In this document: in pieces, positions 1 to 9,728 of the stretch
Numbering within the stretch: position 1 is the first letter of the stretch
Layout: each line of letters begins with the position of its first letter
Virus record (IMG/VR): IMGVR_UViG_3300033076_000718
Coordinates: 1 to 44,184 of that record
Source: a virus
Lineage: Duplodnaviria > Caudoviricetes
DNA: 44,184 nucleotides
Direction: 5' to 3' (one strand)
Made by a program: the position numbers and the translations under genes
The notes under the pieces: generated by a model
The model's database searches: none
What the model was told of the DNA's origin: nothing
Seen by the model: only the letters and a program-made list of their open reading frames with translations

Positions 1-1
1 T

Positions 2-247
2 TGCGGTATAAGAAACTGCCATCGGAATAGCACTACAATCCCGATAATAATTTGTATAACCATTTATATTATTAAAGTATAATTGGTTATTAGAGTAATT
101 ATTGCCCCTATAATCTGATATAGCAGAAGTATAGCCATTTAAAAGCGCAGACCCTGCCGCACCAAAGCCAGCTATTGCAGATGCCATACTAGCAGGTCTC
201 CATTCTGGCTGGTCTATTATTTTTTTAAAATTTTGTGTTAATGCCAT
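2..247 (-). CDS. Partial putative virion/tail-associated protein (runs off the left edge)
   Basis: ATG at 247 immediately after the stop of 249..782. Frame is open to the window edge (MALTQNFKKIIDQPEWRP...). Not in the ORF track. Confidence 0.6.
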   Translation of the reverse strand, partial: MALTQNFKKIIDQPEWRPASMASAIAGFGAAGSALLNGYTSAISDYRGNNYSNNQLYFNNINGYTNYYRDCSAIPMAVSYTA

Positions 248-248
248 A

Positions 249-782
249 TTATGTTATTTTAGTTCTTACTTGATTATAGTAATTAGCTGCTAACTGTGGG
301 CTAAATAAATCCTCTACAGGCCTAAATCCAGGATTCGTTATTACTGACACAGTACTAACAGTACTAACCATACTTACTAAATTTAGTAGTCCTTCTATCA
401 TTGTTACTTTTGCTGCACCATTTATTACTTCTGCAGTTTTATTACTGTGACTTAAATATGCTTTTAGTATTACTGCTAGATCATCTATACTTATAGATGG
501 TAACTCAGTATAATAATAATGTATTTGTAAAGGATCGTTATTATTAAATGCTCCTGTATTAGTGTCATAATCTAATGTAAAAGTATTTCCACTTAATGTA
601 GCCCCTTTAGTAGGGTCTGCAAAATTGTATATCATTACATTATTAGCTACATCTGTTATTAGCAATAAACTTTCTAGCGATGGTTTTTTATTATTAGGTA
701 ATGTTATAGTAACGGTCTTAGCTACTTTATTAAACGTATAAGTACCACCATCGCCTCCTGGACCTATTAATATTTTAGCCAT
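249..782 (-). CDS. Putative tail-fibre-associated virion protein
   Basis: Beta-rich sequence (YTFNKVAKTVTI, LLLITDV..NVMIYNFADP) located in the tail module. Confidence 0.55.
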   Translation of the reverse strand: MAKILIGPGGDGGTYTFNKVAKTVTITLPNNKKPSLESLLLITDVANNVMIYNFADPTKGATLSGNTFTLDYDTNTGAFNNNDPLQIHYYYTELPSISIDDLAVILKAYLSHSNKTAEVINGAAKVTMIEGLLNLVSMVSTVSTVSVITNPGFRPVEDLFSPQLAANYYNQVRTKIT

Positions 783-1053
783 TTTCTACCTCCTCGTATA
801 AGTTATTGAAGACGGATGGCCATTGAATAAATACTCCATTCTCATCTTTAACTAATGTATCTCCCCAAAGCATTTTTTCAGTTCCACCTACAGTAAATAA
901 CCATATACCGTCGTCTTCTTTTAATGCATTAGAGTCGTACATTGGAATTTCACCGTACGCAAAAGTTAGTACTTCCGCAATAGAAGCAAAACTTCTTTCT
1001 AATGTTACGGCTTGTACATGAGGTTTTTCTCTTAATTTAAATTCTTTTATCAT
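775..1053 (-). CDS. Hypothetical phage protein
   Basis: 92 aa, coupled to neighbours. GDTLVKDENG..F...PSVF..LYE resembles a common small phage family. Confidence 0.6.
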   Translation of the reverse strand: MIKEFKLREKPHVQAVTLERSFASIAEVLTFAYGEIPMYDSNALKEDDGIWLFTVGGTEKMLWGDTLVKDENGVFIQWPSVFNNLYEEVENG

Positions 1054-1066
1054 TGTGTTAATAATT

Positions 1067-3025
1067 TTATAAAGCTATTGCATATGCTATTGCTAATGAT
1101 TCGGACATTCCTGGACTAGGATCTACCCATTGAGCGTTAAAATCCGTTCCATCTATTTTAGATAAAACTTGATCAGTTGTACCACCTGTAGGAAGTCCGT
1201 TAGCTGCTGCTCCAGGTGTAGCCCATACAAGATCATAATTTGTATTACTATTTTTAGATAACACTTGTCCAGTGGTTCCTGCTGTAGGAACTAAACCAGC
1301 TGCTGACGCATCTAAAGTCCATACTGTACCCGAACTAGAAACTACTATGTCTCCTTTATCTCCATCAGATACACCACCTCCAGAAGCATTTAATGTTGTT
1401 CCACTAAATGATAGGTTAGTACCTAAGATAATTTCTTCTATATCTCCTGTACTAGCTGATCCTCTACCCAATAATCTCGCAGTAGCTATATTTTGCATCT
1501 TAGCAAAAGTAACCGCGTCATTAGCTATAGTTAAAGCTCCACTACCTGTAACATCTCCTGTATGAGTTGCATTAGTTACTTTAGCAGTATTAGCTGCGAC
1601 TGCTGAATTAGCAGCTACAGCACTATCAAAGTCAGTTATATTAGCAGCTACATGTGTATGTGCAGTAGGAGCATCTCCAATATACATAAAGTTACCATCC
1701 GTTAATGCTGTATCAAATTGAGCTTTAGTGCCTGTAATACCTACTATTGAAGTCTGGTCTCCTGTATTAGTTCCTGAAGATGTTCCAGAGAATGTTCCAT
1801 TTTGAGTAGCTAGAGTTCCTAAGCCTAAGCTTGTTCTACCTGTAGCAGCAACTAGACTTGTAGCTCCACCATCCCAACGAAGGTTATTAGTGTATGCTGT
1901 ATCCCACTCTGTTTGTTTAGCGGTAGTAGGTATTGCGTATCCTGCTGTGTATGTTAAAGCTAATGTACCTGTAGTAGTTATAGGAGAACCTCCTATAGAT
2001 AATCCAGTAGGTACTGTCATAGATACGCTAGTTACTGTTCCTGTGTTATTTGTAAATCCACTAGGATTACTATTTAAATAATAAGTATTAGTGTCTAGAG
2101 CAAATGTTCCAGCAGCAGTCATTGTAACAAATGGTGTGCCAGATACCCAAGTAGGGTAGTTTAAAGCTCCCCATGTACCTACACTAGGTATTGTTAATGT
2201 CTGCCATGTTTTGTCACCTCTCCAATATTGTCCTGTAGTACCTGTAGATATAGCAGGTTCTTTACCGTTCCAAGTAGTCTTTTCACTATCTGTTACAAAG
2301 CGATAAGAAGCGCTCTGAGTGATGTTAGCAGGATTAGATGTATCTAGATTAGGTACATTAGATAGTCCAATGTGAGTCTTGGTAACGCCTGATACAGTAC
2401 CTGTAAATGTAGGACTGGCTAAAGGTGCTTTAAGAGCTAAATCAGATACTAAATTAGTTATATCACTTTGTGGATGTGTGTGTGCAGAAGGTGCAAATGT
2501 ACTAGGTTTATTTAGTATTTGAGCATCTCCACTAACAGCAGTCCAGTCAGCATTAACGTTAACTTCAGCACCAGCGGCTATTCCAGCTAACTTAGTATAT
2601 TGACTAGGTGAAATTAAACCTGCGTATGTAGCATCCGCTAGAGGTAAAGTAGCATCATTACCGGTACTAGATGTAACTATACCGTAAGCTGCATGTTGTG
2701 TATAAGCTAAATCAGTTGTACCACTAGCAGCATAGTTAGGTATATTTAATGTATTACCTATTAAGGTAGACACTCCACTTACTCCAGTAGTAGTTAAGCT
2801 TATAGCACCTTGTTTAGAATTAAAAGTATTCCAGTCGGTGCTAGATAACCAGCCATCTGTACTCGTAGTTGCTTGACCTAACTTAGTCTTTATTGTAGCC
2901 GTAGTCTCATCTCCAGTATTAGTACCACTAACAGTTACACCGTCTATTATTATATCCTGTAAGTAAACAGGAGACACTATGATAGAGTCTTCCGGTTGTA
3001 CGTAAGGTGTGTCTACTGTGATCAT
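1067..3025 (-). CDS. Tail fibre protein
   Basis: 652 aa, Thr/Gly/Ser-rich. HTH metal-binding-type fibre motifs (APSAHTH, PTAHTH), GTVTSV, duplicated PTxGTTxQVLSK, C-terminal AIAYAIAL. Confidence 0.75.
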   Translation of the reverse strand: MITVDTPYVQPEDSIIVSPVYLQDIIIDGVTVSGTNTGDETTATIKTKLGQATTSTDGWLSSTDWNTFNSKQGAISLTTTGVSGVSTLIGNTLNIPNYAASGTTDLAYTQHAAYGIVTSSTGNDATLPLADATYAGLISPSQYTKLAGIAAGAEVNVNADWTAVSGDAQILNKPSTFAPSAHTHPQSDITNLVSDLALKAPLASPTFTGTVSGVTKTHIGLSNVPNLDTSNPANITQSASYRFVTDSEKTTWNGKEPAISTGTTGQYWRGDKTWQTLTIPSVGTWGALNYPTWVSGTPFVTMTAAGTFALDTNTYYLNSNPSGFTNNTGTVTSVSMTVPTGLSIGGSPITTTGTLALTYTAGYAIPTTAKQTEWDTAYTNNLRWDGGATSLVAATGRTSLGLGTLATQNGTFSGTSSGTNTGDQTSIVGITGTKAQFDTALTDGNFMYIGDAPTAHTHVAANITDFDSAVAANSAVAANTAKVTNATHTGDVTGSGALTIANDAVTFAKMQNIATARLLGRGSASTGDIEEIILGTNLSFSGTTLNASGGGVSDGDKGDIVVSSSGTVWTLDASAAGLVPTAGTTGQVLSKNSNTNYDLVWATPGAAANGLPTGGTTDQVLSKIDGTDFNAQWVDPSPGMSESLAIAYAIAL

Positions 3026-3030
3026 TTTAT

Positions 3031-4899
3031 TTATGATTTAGTATAAAATATTGTAATATCTGCTGCGTAATCTGAATATAATGAAGTATTAGAAGAATCG
3101 TATCTTAGTGTATACCCTACGTTATTAAGTCCTTGTATAGGCGCTGTACTAGTACCCGATGTAATTGTACCTTCAAATTTAATAACTTTAATAATGCCCC
3201 ATGCTGCTATATTAGTAACAGAATTTCCTGCAACAGTTATAGTTCTCTGGTATATAGGAGCGTTATTAGTCCACTTAGAAGGTGTTAATTGCTCCGAAGT
3301 ACTGTAATCTAATACTACTCTATTAATATCACCACTGTATAGTCTACCATTTATATCCGTATACAAAATATTATTTATAGCCGTTCCAGTTTCATTTCGA
3401 GTATTAGGATAAGCATCTATAGTAATATATGAATTAGGTTTAGTACTTGCACTATTTAAAGTTATACTAGACGTACTAGTATCAGAGTTAGTAACATTAT
3501 TAGAAATTAAAGCAGAAGTTTCATTAGCATATGTTAATGCTACTACACTTGCTTTAGTTCCAGATTGAATAGTAGCTGAAGATATAGAATTAGTTCTAGA
3601 TTGAGCCAACATAATCATTCCCGTATCTGTCTGAGATATGTAATCAGATATAGGAGTATGTGTTGTATTCTCTAACATTTTCCATAATAACGTATTAACA
3701 ACGTTACCAGCATTATTAGTGTTATTAAAAGTTAAGAAATTCTTAGTCGTAGTTGCTGCAGAAATAGTATACTCAAATGCTCCTGTAGTTAAGGTTCTAT
3801 TAGCGGTTAAAGATGCATTAGCATCTATTCCTCCACCTCCACCACCAGGTGCTGCCCAAGAGCATGCGCCAGTAGAAACATTAGAAAGAGTTAACACGTC
3901 ACCTACATTTCTACCGCTATTAGCATTAATCTTTATAAACGCATTAGTTGTACTAAGAGTATAGTTAGTTATATTAGTTGTAATATAATCTGTTATACCC
4001 GTAAAAGTAAGATTAAACGCTGCTCCCGTAAGAGTTCTATTATTATTTAAAGTTAAGTTAGAATTACCTAAGTTTTGTGCAGTAGCAGGTGTAGACCAGT
4101 TAGCTTCTCCCGTAGTATTGTTAATTAAAGTTAAAACATCACCGTTAGATTTACCAGAGTTATTATTAATAATGAGCTCTAGTTTACCTGTACCTAAATT
4201 ACGGTTACCTGACATATTATCACTAGCACGGCCTAACTTAAACTTATTTCGCAATTCGGAATAACCTGTACCATCTCTTAAATCAAACGTTGTTAATTCA
4301 AATCCTCTTTGATTGCAACTATAAAGACTGATAGCCCCTGTTTTAACTTGATCGCAATTACTCTCTCCTTGAAGATCTCCAATTTCTACGTTTGCAGTTA
4401 ATAGTTTTATTAATGCTGGAGAACTTAGTTCAGTAGTATTTGCAAATAAATCAAAGTGCAAATATTGTGTATTACTGTTTCCAAGACTAAGATGAGCATT
4501 TGTTCCCGAAAGACCTACTCCAGCTACTTGAATATCTAAAAGATCAGTTTCTACATAAAACTCTGCTGCGTTCTGAACATAAAATGCAGCTAAATTATTA
4601 AATTCAAGTTGTTTTGAATTACCATTAATAATTCTATCTGATGTTACAGTTAAATCTGTATTTCCTATATGTGTATCTGTTCCAGCTACCCAAGCAGTTC
4701 CATTGTATTTTAATACGTTACCGTTAACAGGGGGAGTAGTTAAATCTACATTTAAACCGTATGCACTAGTAGTTAGGTATTCTCTAATAACATCATATAA
4801 GAGGATTCCCTTTCCTTTAAAAAAGAAATCCCCTTGACCTGAAGTTACCGCAGGTTTATTACGGTAATCGTAAAAATATATTTTATCATATTGTGCCAT
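3031..4899 (-). CDS. Tail fibre/spike protein
   Basis: 622 aa, Asn/Thr-rich. Internal repeats (LTxNRTLT-like x3; GDVLTL...TG...W x2) and C-terminal YSTSEQ...W.NNAPIYQRT domain. Confidence 0.7.
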   Translation of the reverse strand: MAQYDKIYFYDYRNKPAVTSGQGDFFFKGKGILLYDVIREYLTTSAYGLNVDLTTPPVNGNVLKYNGTAWVAGTDTHIGNTDLTVTSDRIINGNSKQLEFNNLAAFYVQNAAEFYVETDLLDIQVAGVGLSGTNAHLSLGNSNTQYLHFDLFANTTELSSPALIKLLTANVEIGDLQGESNCDQVKTGAISLYSCNQRGFELTTFDLRDGTGYSELRNKFKLGRASDNMSGNRNLGTGKLELIINNNSGKSNGDVLTLINNTTGEANWSTPATAQNLGNSNLTLNNNRTLTGAAFNLTFTGITDYITTNITNYTLSTTNAFIKINANSGRNVGDVLTLSNVSTGACSWAAPGGGGGGIDANASLTANRTLTTGAFEYTISAATTTKNFLTFNNTNNAGNVVNTLLWKMLENTTHTPISDYISQTDTGMIMLAQSRTNSISSATIQSGTKASVVALTYANETSALISNNVTNSDTSTSSITLNSASTKPNSYITIDAYPNTRNETGTAINNILYTDINGRLYSGDINRVVLDYSTSEQLTPSKWTNNAPIYQRTITVAGNSVTNIAAWGIIKVIKFEGTITSGTSTAPIQGLNNVGYTLRYDSSNTSLYSDYAADITIFYTKS

Positions 4900-6152
4900 T
4901 ATACTAACAAGGATTTAGTGTATAAAGTACCTTTACAGTCAGTACAAAGCAAGTCTAAAGTATGCAAACCTGAACCTGTTGCAACAGTTAAAGTAGAAGT
5001 AGTTGTCTGTGATTGTAGCCCTGAAGGTAACGTCCATATCCAGGTAGGATTAACGGGAGCAGGTACAGCAGTACCAACTAATGTAGTTGTATTACATGTA
5101 GCAGGGGTTATAAACGAATTATCCGTTATAAGAAATTTTCCATTTCCTAGTAAACTCTTACTTCCTGCAGAAACCCAAGTTAAAACTATATTAGCTGTAT
5201 ATGATATAAATGAGCATAGTCCGCTTACAGTCTTTGTTGTAGTTATAGCAAAGTTTGAAGATTTTCCCGTTAAACCAGTATTAGTAAATGTAATAGCTGT
5301 TACACCAGGATTGTCAGAATACAAACAAGTATTATCTACGTCTACTGTATAGTGTTCACCAGTATATGTAGCAGGTAAAAATACTAAAGGGATAGTTAAA
5401 GTTAATACTGTATTTGAAGCTTCTAAACCAAAAACTATTAATTTACCAAAAACTTTCACAATTTGAGGATCAAAAATAACTGAACCATTACTATTAGTAA
5501 TAGTATTAAAATCCATATAGCTATTTAGTGCAGTAACAAATAAAGGACTAAACGCAGTACCAGCAATATTTAAACTACTAGTATCGGGTATAGTAATTGT
5601 ATTAGAGCTCCCATAATTATTTATTAAAGCAATACTTTTTATAGTACTACCTGCAGGTAAGTTAGCTCTAGATATAGTTAATTTAACTGTTTGTGATTGT
5701 TTAAAAGCAGTCATCTGAGCTACTCCATCTAATGTGCAATTATGTACTAACCAAGATTGAGTAATAAGTTGTTTTGCTGAATCAGACAAAGTTACATTAT
5801 TCATGTCTACGTTTGCTGGGTCTGTTACAAGCCCCTTAACAAAAGGTATATTAGCATTAGTGGCAGTACCCGTTAAAGTAAGTACCCTATTAATCTGATC
5901 AATAGTTAAATACGCAGTAGAAGTGCATGTTCCAGTAGTAGTCGTATATTTAAAAGTTAGTGTTACATGCCCTGTCCATGTAACATCTGGGTTATCTCCT
6001 CCTGGAATAACAGCATCATCAGCGTAAGTTGCTGGACTGTTATTGACAGTTAAAGTCTGTGGAAAAGTAGCAGAAGTACTTGTTATCGTCCACTGACCTC
6101 CAGGAGTAACTGACATATTATTAGCTGCTTCTAGTTCGTCTCGTAATTTCAT
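4899..6152 (-). CDS. Putative virion protein (beta-sandwich/Ig-like)
   Basis: 417 aa, Thr-rich and beta-rich; in the structural operon. Confidence 0.55.
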   Translation of the reverse strand: MKLRDELEAANNMSVTPGGQWTITSTSATFPQTLTVNNSPATYADDAVIPGGDNPDVTWTGHVTLTFKYTTTTGTCTSTAYLTIDQINRVLTLTGTATNANIPFVKGLVTDPANVDMNNVTLSDSAKQLITQSWLVHNCTLDGVAQMTAFKQSQTVKLTISRANLPAGSTIKSIALINNYGSSNTITIPDTSSLNIAGTAFSPLFVTALNSYMDFNTITNSNGSVIFDPQIVKVFGKLIVFGLEASNTVLTLTIPLVFLPATYTGEHYTVDVDNTCLYSDNPGVTAITFTNTGLTGKSSNFAITTTKTVSGLCSFISYTANIVLTWVSAGSKSLLGNGKFLITDNSFITPATCNTTTLVGTAVPAPVNPTWIWTLPSGLQSQTTTSTLTVATGSGLHTLDLLCTDCKGTLYTKSLLV

Positions 6153-6165
6153 ATTTTATTTTATT

Positions 6166-7125
6166 TTATACGCATTGAATAGAATTGCCTGTTGCAGGTG
6201 CTTGAGCACCCACTGATACCGTATATTTTTTATATACACCGTATACATAAGCAGTAGTTAACGCTGGTGTAGTACCGGATGCGTTTATAGTTATTTCTAA
6301 TTCTAAGAATACCTCAACTTGAGTAGCTGCAATTGGAATAGTTATATCCCAGTAATCGTTTGCACCTATTATAGTATAACCGCTGCCTGTAATTGTACCT
6401 GGTTTACCGTATTGATATGCACCAGGAGTTGCATTATAAGTAAATGGAGACGCTAAATTAGTTCCTCCCACCATCGGTGCACTTGTTACAACAGCATTAG
6501 TGTGTATAGAAGCTAATCCAGTATTAGCTACATTAGGCGTTATAGCTGTAGCTACATTACTATCAGCGCGTAATCGAACTTTTACTTGATACGAAGCACC
6601 ATTATAAGTAACTGCAGGAGCATTTTGATCTACTATTTCATCACCTGGACCCATATTAGCTAAGTTCGGTAAAGTAATAGCAGAAGTGTCAGGTGTAAAT
6701 CTAATAGTTTTATGTGTTAAAGTACTTGATTGTATAGGAGCACATTTATTAATGTCTACTGTTGCAGGTAAAACTGGTTTACCTACTTTAACAAGATTAA
6801 AATAAGTGCCTACTACACAAGCATTTGCAGGTATTGCGCAATCTACTGACTGCCAGTATAATCTATAGAAGCCTGGCTTGTTATCGTCTACATTTAAAGT
6901 TTGCGCATTAATACTAGCAACATTTCCTACCCAAGCATGCCCTGAATAACCGCTACCAGCTACATATGTATATGTAGTATCATAATAAGTGGAATCTATA
7001 GATGCGCCATTACAGGCAGTAGTATAAGATAAAGTAGCAAAATCTCCTGTAGTACCATTTTGTTTTTGTAAAAACCATGAACCGCCTGTAGTATTAAACG
7101 CGGTATTTAAAGCTATTGAAGCCAT
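6166..7125 (-). CDS. Putative virion protein
   Basis: 319 aa, beta-rich; in the structural operon. Confidence 0.55.
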   Translation of the reverse strand: MASIALNTAFNTTGGSWFLQKQNGTTGDFATLSYTTACNGASIDSTYYDTTYTYVAGSGYSGHAWVGNVASINAQTLNVDDNKPGFYRLYWQSVDCAIPANACVVGTYFNLVKVGKPVLPATVDINKCAPIQSSTLTHKTIRFTPDTSAITLPNLANMGPGDEIVDQNAPAVTYNGASYQVKVRLRADSNVATAITPNVANTGLASIHTNAVVTSAPMVGGTNLASPFTYNATPGAYQYGKPGTITGSGYTIIGANDYWDITIPIAATQVEVFLELEITINASGTTPALTTAYVYGVYKKYTVSVGAQAPATGNSIQCV

Positions 7126-7131
7126 TTTTTA

Positions 7132-8667
7132 TTAACATTTTGTTATAGTAGAAGATAATCCTGCACAAGTAATATCTAAAGTGATAGTCTTTTCTTCTGA
7201 TAATAAACCGCCTGCTACTTCTACGCGATATTTGATTGTTGCAGTTCCTGTAAGATTAGGAGCGTTAAAGGTTAATTCTTGTTTTGATAAGTTAGGAACT
7301 ACTACTAAACCAGTTGGAGTTACAACATTTATATTGTAACTTACCACGGGTTTACCCTGCGTATCCGTATGCAAAGCCATATTTAATGTCTTAGGCGTAT
7401 TACATATTAAACAGTCTGAAATATTATTAGCTGTAGGTTTAGGATTACATACATGTGAAAATATAGTATAGTTACCGCTAGAGCAGCAAGTCTTATCCTT
7501 ATTACATACACTCCAGTAAATTTGTTCTATTTCATCACTAGGATCGTTATTAATAACGTAGTTGATTTTTCCTGCACCCTGAGTAGCTACACCTAGAGGA
7601 GTAGTAAGCTCGTTTTTGTCAGCATTTAATGAATAGTCGTCTCTTAAACCATTTGTACAATTCGGTGTTCCTGCCTTACAAGTAGGAATATAAAATTGAA
7701 ATGTACTCCAATCTACACTAGTTGTTCCTGTATAAAGAATATCCGTGTCCATTTGATAATATGGAGCGCTGAGCTGAACATCATCACAGTTTATTGTAAC
7801 TGTTTGTGTAGGATTAGTTATTTTGAGACATCCAGAAGGCGATATACAACTAGCTGTAGTATAATTAATTACACCACTATACTCGTTTTTGTCCGTATCC
7901 TGTATAGTATATCTAATCTCATATATAGCGTTTCCTTGCGGAGCTAATATAGTTATAAGTGTAATGTTAACTGGATCCCTATATATAACTACCTCTGGAG
8001 AAACTCCGTATACTTTTAGAGTAGACCATACTAAGGATGCTCCAGAGCATCTAGTAGGTGTAAAGTCACCAAAATCTACTCCCGTAGCAATAGAAAATTT
8101 CATTGCTTCAAATAATCTCTTATCATATGTTGCAGATTGTTGAAGACAGTGCCCTAATACGGCATGTGATTCAAAGACAACTCTACACTTAGTGTAATTA
8201 TAAGTAAATGTATGTTTACAGCCTGCTGGAGATATTACTTCACAATAGAGTGGAAAATTATCATTTATATTCGGAGCAATACTTAAAATCTTACAATAGT
8301 CTGCATTATAAGCTAGCTCTATACCTGTAACGGAATACCATTTATATGTATAGGTGGACGGCGAAGCTATGCTCATTACAAACTCTTTAGGTGCAGTAGA
8401 TATAATATCTCCGCCCCATTCAGAAGGACAAGGGTTTTGAAGCTCCTGCGTAAGGAAATTTTCACAACCTTCAGAATCTTCTATATTAATAGTTACGACA
8501 AAAGGGTCTCTATAATTCTCAGAAATATTAAAAGAGACTTCTAAAAAGTCAGTTGCAGTTCCACTTGGTGTAGTTATGCTAACATTTGCTCCCGCCGTAG
8601 TAGTTACCAAATATTTAAAGGGAGCAACTCCTCCTTCTAATTTATATTTTTTATTTATTATTATCAT
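7132..8667 (-). CDS. Cys-rich putative virion protein with Ig/cadherin-like domains
   Basis: 511 aa, about 20 Cys. C-terminal P.A.N...C...TL.......GTATIKYRV resembles a Big/cadherin-like module. Confidence 0.55.
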   Translation of the reverse strand: MIIINKKYKLEGGVAPFKYLVTTTAGANVSITTPSGTATDFLEVSFNISENYRDPFVVTINIEDSEGCENFLTQELQNPCPSEWGGDIISTAPKEFVMSIASPSTYTYKWYSVTGIELAYNADYCKILSIAPNINDNFPLYCEVISPAGCKHTFTYNYTKCRVVFESHAVLGHCLQQSATYDKRLFEAMKFSIATGVDFGDFTPTRCSGASLVWSTLKVYGVSPEVVIYRDPVNITLITILAPQGNAIYEIRYTIQDTDKNEYSGVINYTTASCISPSGCLKITNPTQTVTINCDDVQLSAPYYQMDTDILYTGTTSVDWSTFQFYIPTCKAGTPNCTNGLRDDYSLNADKNELTTPLGVATQGAGKINYVINNDPSDEIEQIYWSVCNKDKTCCSSGNYTIFSHVCNPKPTANNISDCLICNTPKTLNMALHTDTQGKPVVSYNINVVTPTGLVVVPNLSKQELTFNAPNLTGTATIKYRVEVAGGLLSEEKTITLDITCAGLSSTITKC

Positions 8668-8668
8668 T

Positions 8669-8956
8669 TTAAACTTCGGTTATTTGAATAAACGTAGAGC
8701 CTACTGGGCATCCAGGTGGTAATATTTCTGTAATAAGTAAAGTCGCACAATTGGTTTCTTTAAGAGGGGAACATGCAGGTATATAAGAACAATAGGTCAT
8801 ATTGTACCAAGCTGTCCATTGAACTACATCTTCGTCAGTGTAACCTTCTCTAAGTAAAAATGTATACCTAGCTAGATCACACGCATTATTACATTTAAAT
8901 GTTTTTAAGTAGTTAACTACTTCTTTTATTTGTGAGCATTCTAGCAAGCTTTGCAT
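8669..8956 (-). CDS. Small Cys-rich hypothetical protein
   Basis: 95 aa, 7 Cys; overlaps the stop of the upstream gene. Confidence 0.55.
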   Translation of the reverse strand: MQSLLECSQIKEVVNYLKTFKCNNACDLARYTFLLREGYTDEDVVQWTAWYNMTYCSYIPACSPLKETNCATLLITEILPPGCPVGSTFIQITEV

Positions 8957-9657
8957 TTGTCAATAAAGTTTAATTCTATAGCTAAAGCTTTATATAGGTA
9001 ACATATATCTGTGAAATTACAAGTACAGCTTAAGCCATGCTTAATTGTTTCATATATAAGATGTGCTTTAGTATCCGGATGTGTTGCCACATGTTGAGGT
9101 AATACTTTAAGTAATTCAGTATCTCCTAAATATAAACCTTCTTCGCTAACTACTATATTTTGAGTATTATCTTGAATAAGTTTATACATTCTAAAGTAAT
9201 GTACACCCTCTGAATAAGCAATTCCCGTGCTATATACCGGAGTTACTTTTTCCATTAAAGGTTGAATAGCACATCCTTTAGTCATATTATATGTAATAGT
9301 ACTTACTAGAGGTACACCTTTGAATTCCCATTTATACCTATCGGTCATATCGTAGTACATAACTTCTGCACCTGGATATTGTGTATCTAAATTTAATAAA
9401 GCATCATTAGTACCTAAACAAGTACCTGTATTAGTGCAAGTATATACAGTTCCATTTACAGTTACACTAGTAATATTAACAGAACCTGAAGTATAACTTT
9501 TAAATACTGTTGCTGTATATTGAACTGGCGCATCTAAATCTCTTGTAGGATCCGCACCACAACAACCTTTGTATTCTAACTTTACGGGACCCATTAGTCT
9601 AGGATCAGTGGGAGTTAGTTCAAATTCTTTACTAATTTCGTTATATTCTATTTTCAT
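8941..9657 (-). CDS. Cys-rich hypothetical structural protein
   Basis: 238 aa; C-terminal CTC...C...CKAC. Confidence 0.55.
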   Translation of the reverse strand: MKIEYNEISKEFELTPTDPRLMGPVKLEYKGCCGADPTRDLDAPVQYTATVFKSYTSGSVNITSVTVNGTVYTCTNTGTCLGTNDALLNLDTQYPGAEVMYYDMTDRYKWEFKGVPLVSTITYNMTKGCAIQPLMEKVTPVYSTGIAYSEGVHYFRMYKLIQDNTQNIVVSEEGLYLGDTELLKVLPQHVATHPDTKAHLIYETIKHGLSCTCNFTDICYLYKALAIELNFIDKCKAC

Positions 9658-9670
9658 TATGATGGGTTAT

Positions 9671-9703
9671 AAAAAAACCCTATAGAGGGTTACTCTATAG
9701 GGT
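9671..9703 (-). terminator. Rho-independent terminator
   Basis: 11-bp perfect stem ACCCTATAGAG/CTCTATAGGGT with a 5-nt loop, followed by a U-tract on the minus strand. Confidence 0.85.
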
Positions 9704-9728
9704 CTTTAATTATGATTAATGATTACTA

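Noticed and set aside
1067-4899. Diversity-generating retroelement target in the tail fibres
   Set aside because: No reverse transcriptase and no TR/VR repeat pair were noticed in the window.
1272-8143. Plus-strand ORFs antisense to tail genes (1272, 1890, 3719, 4891, 7696, 7889)
   Set aside because: They are shadow frames of codon-biased genes, lie within or almost wholly overlap longer real ORFs, and carry no motifs.
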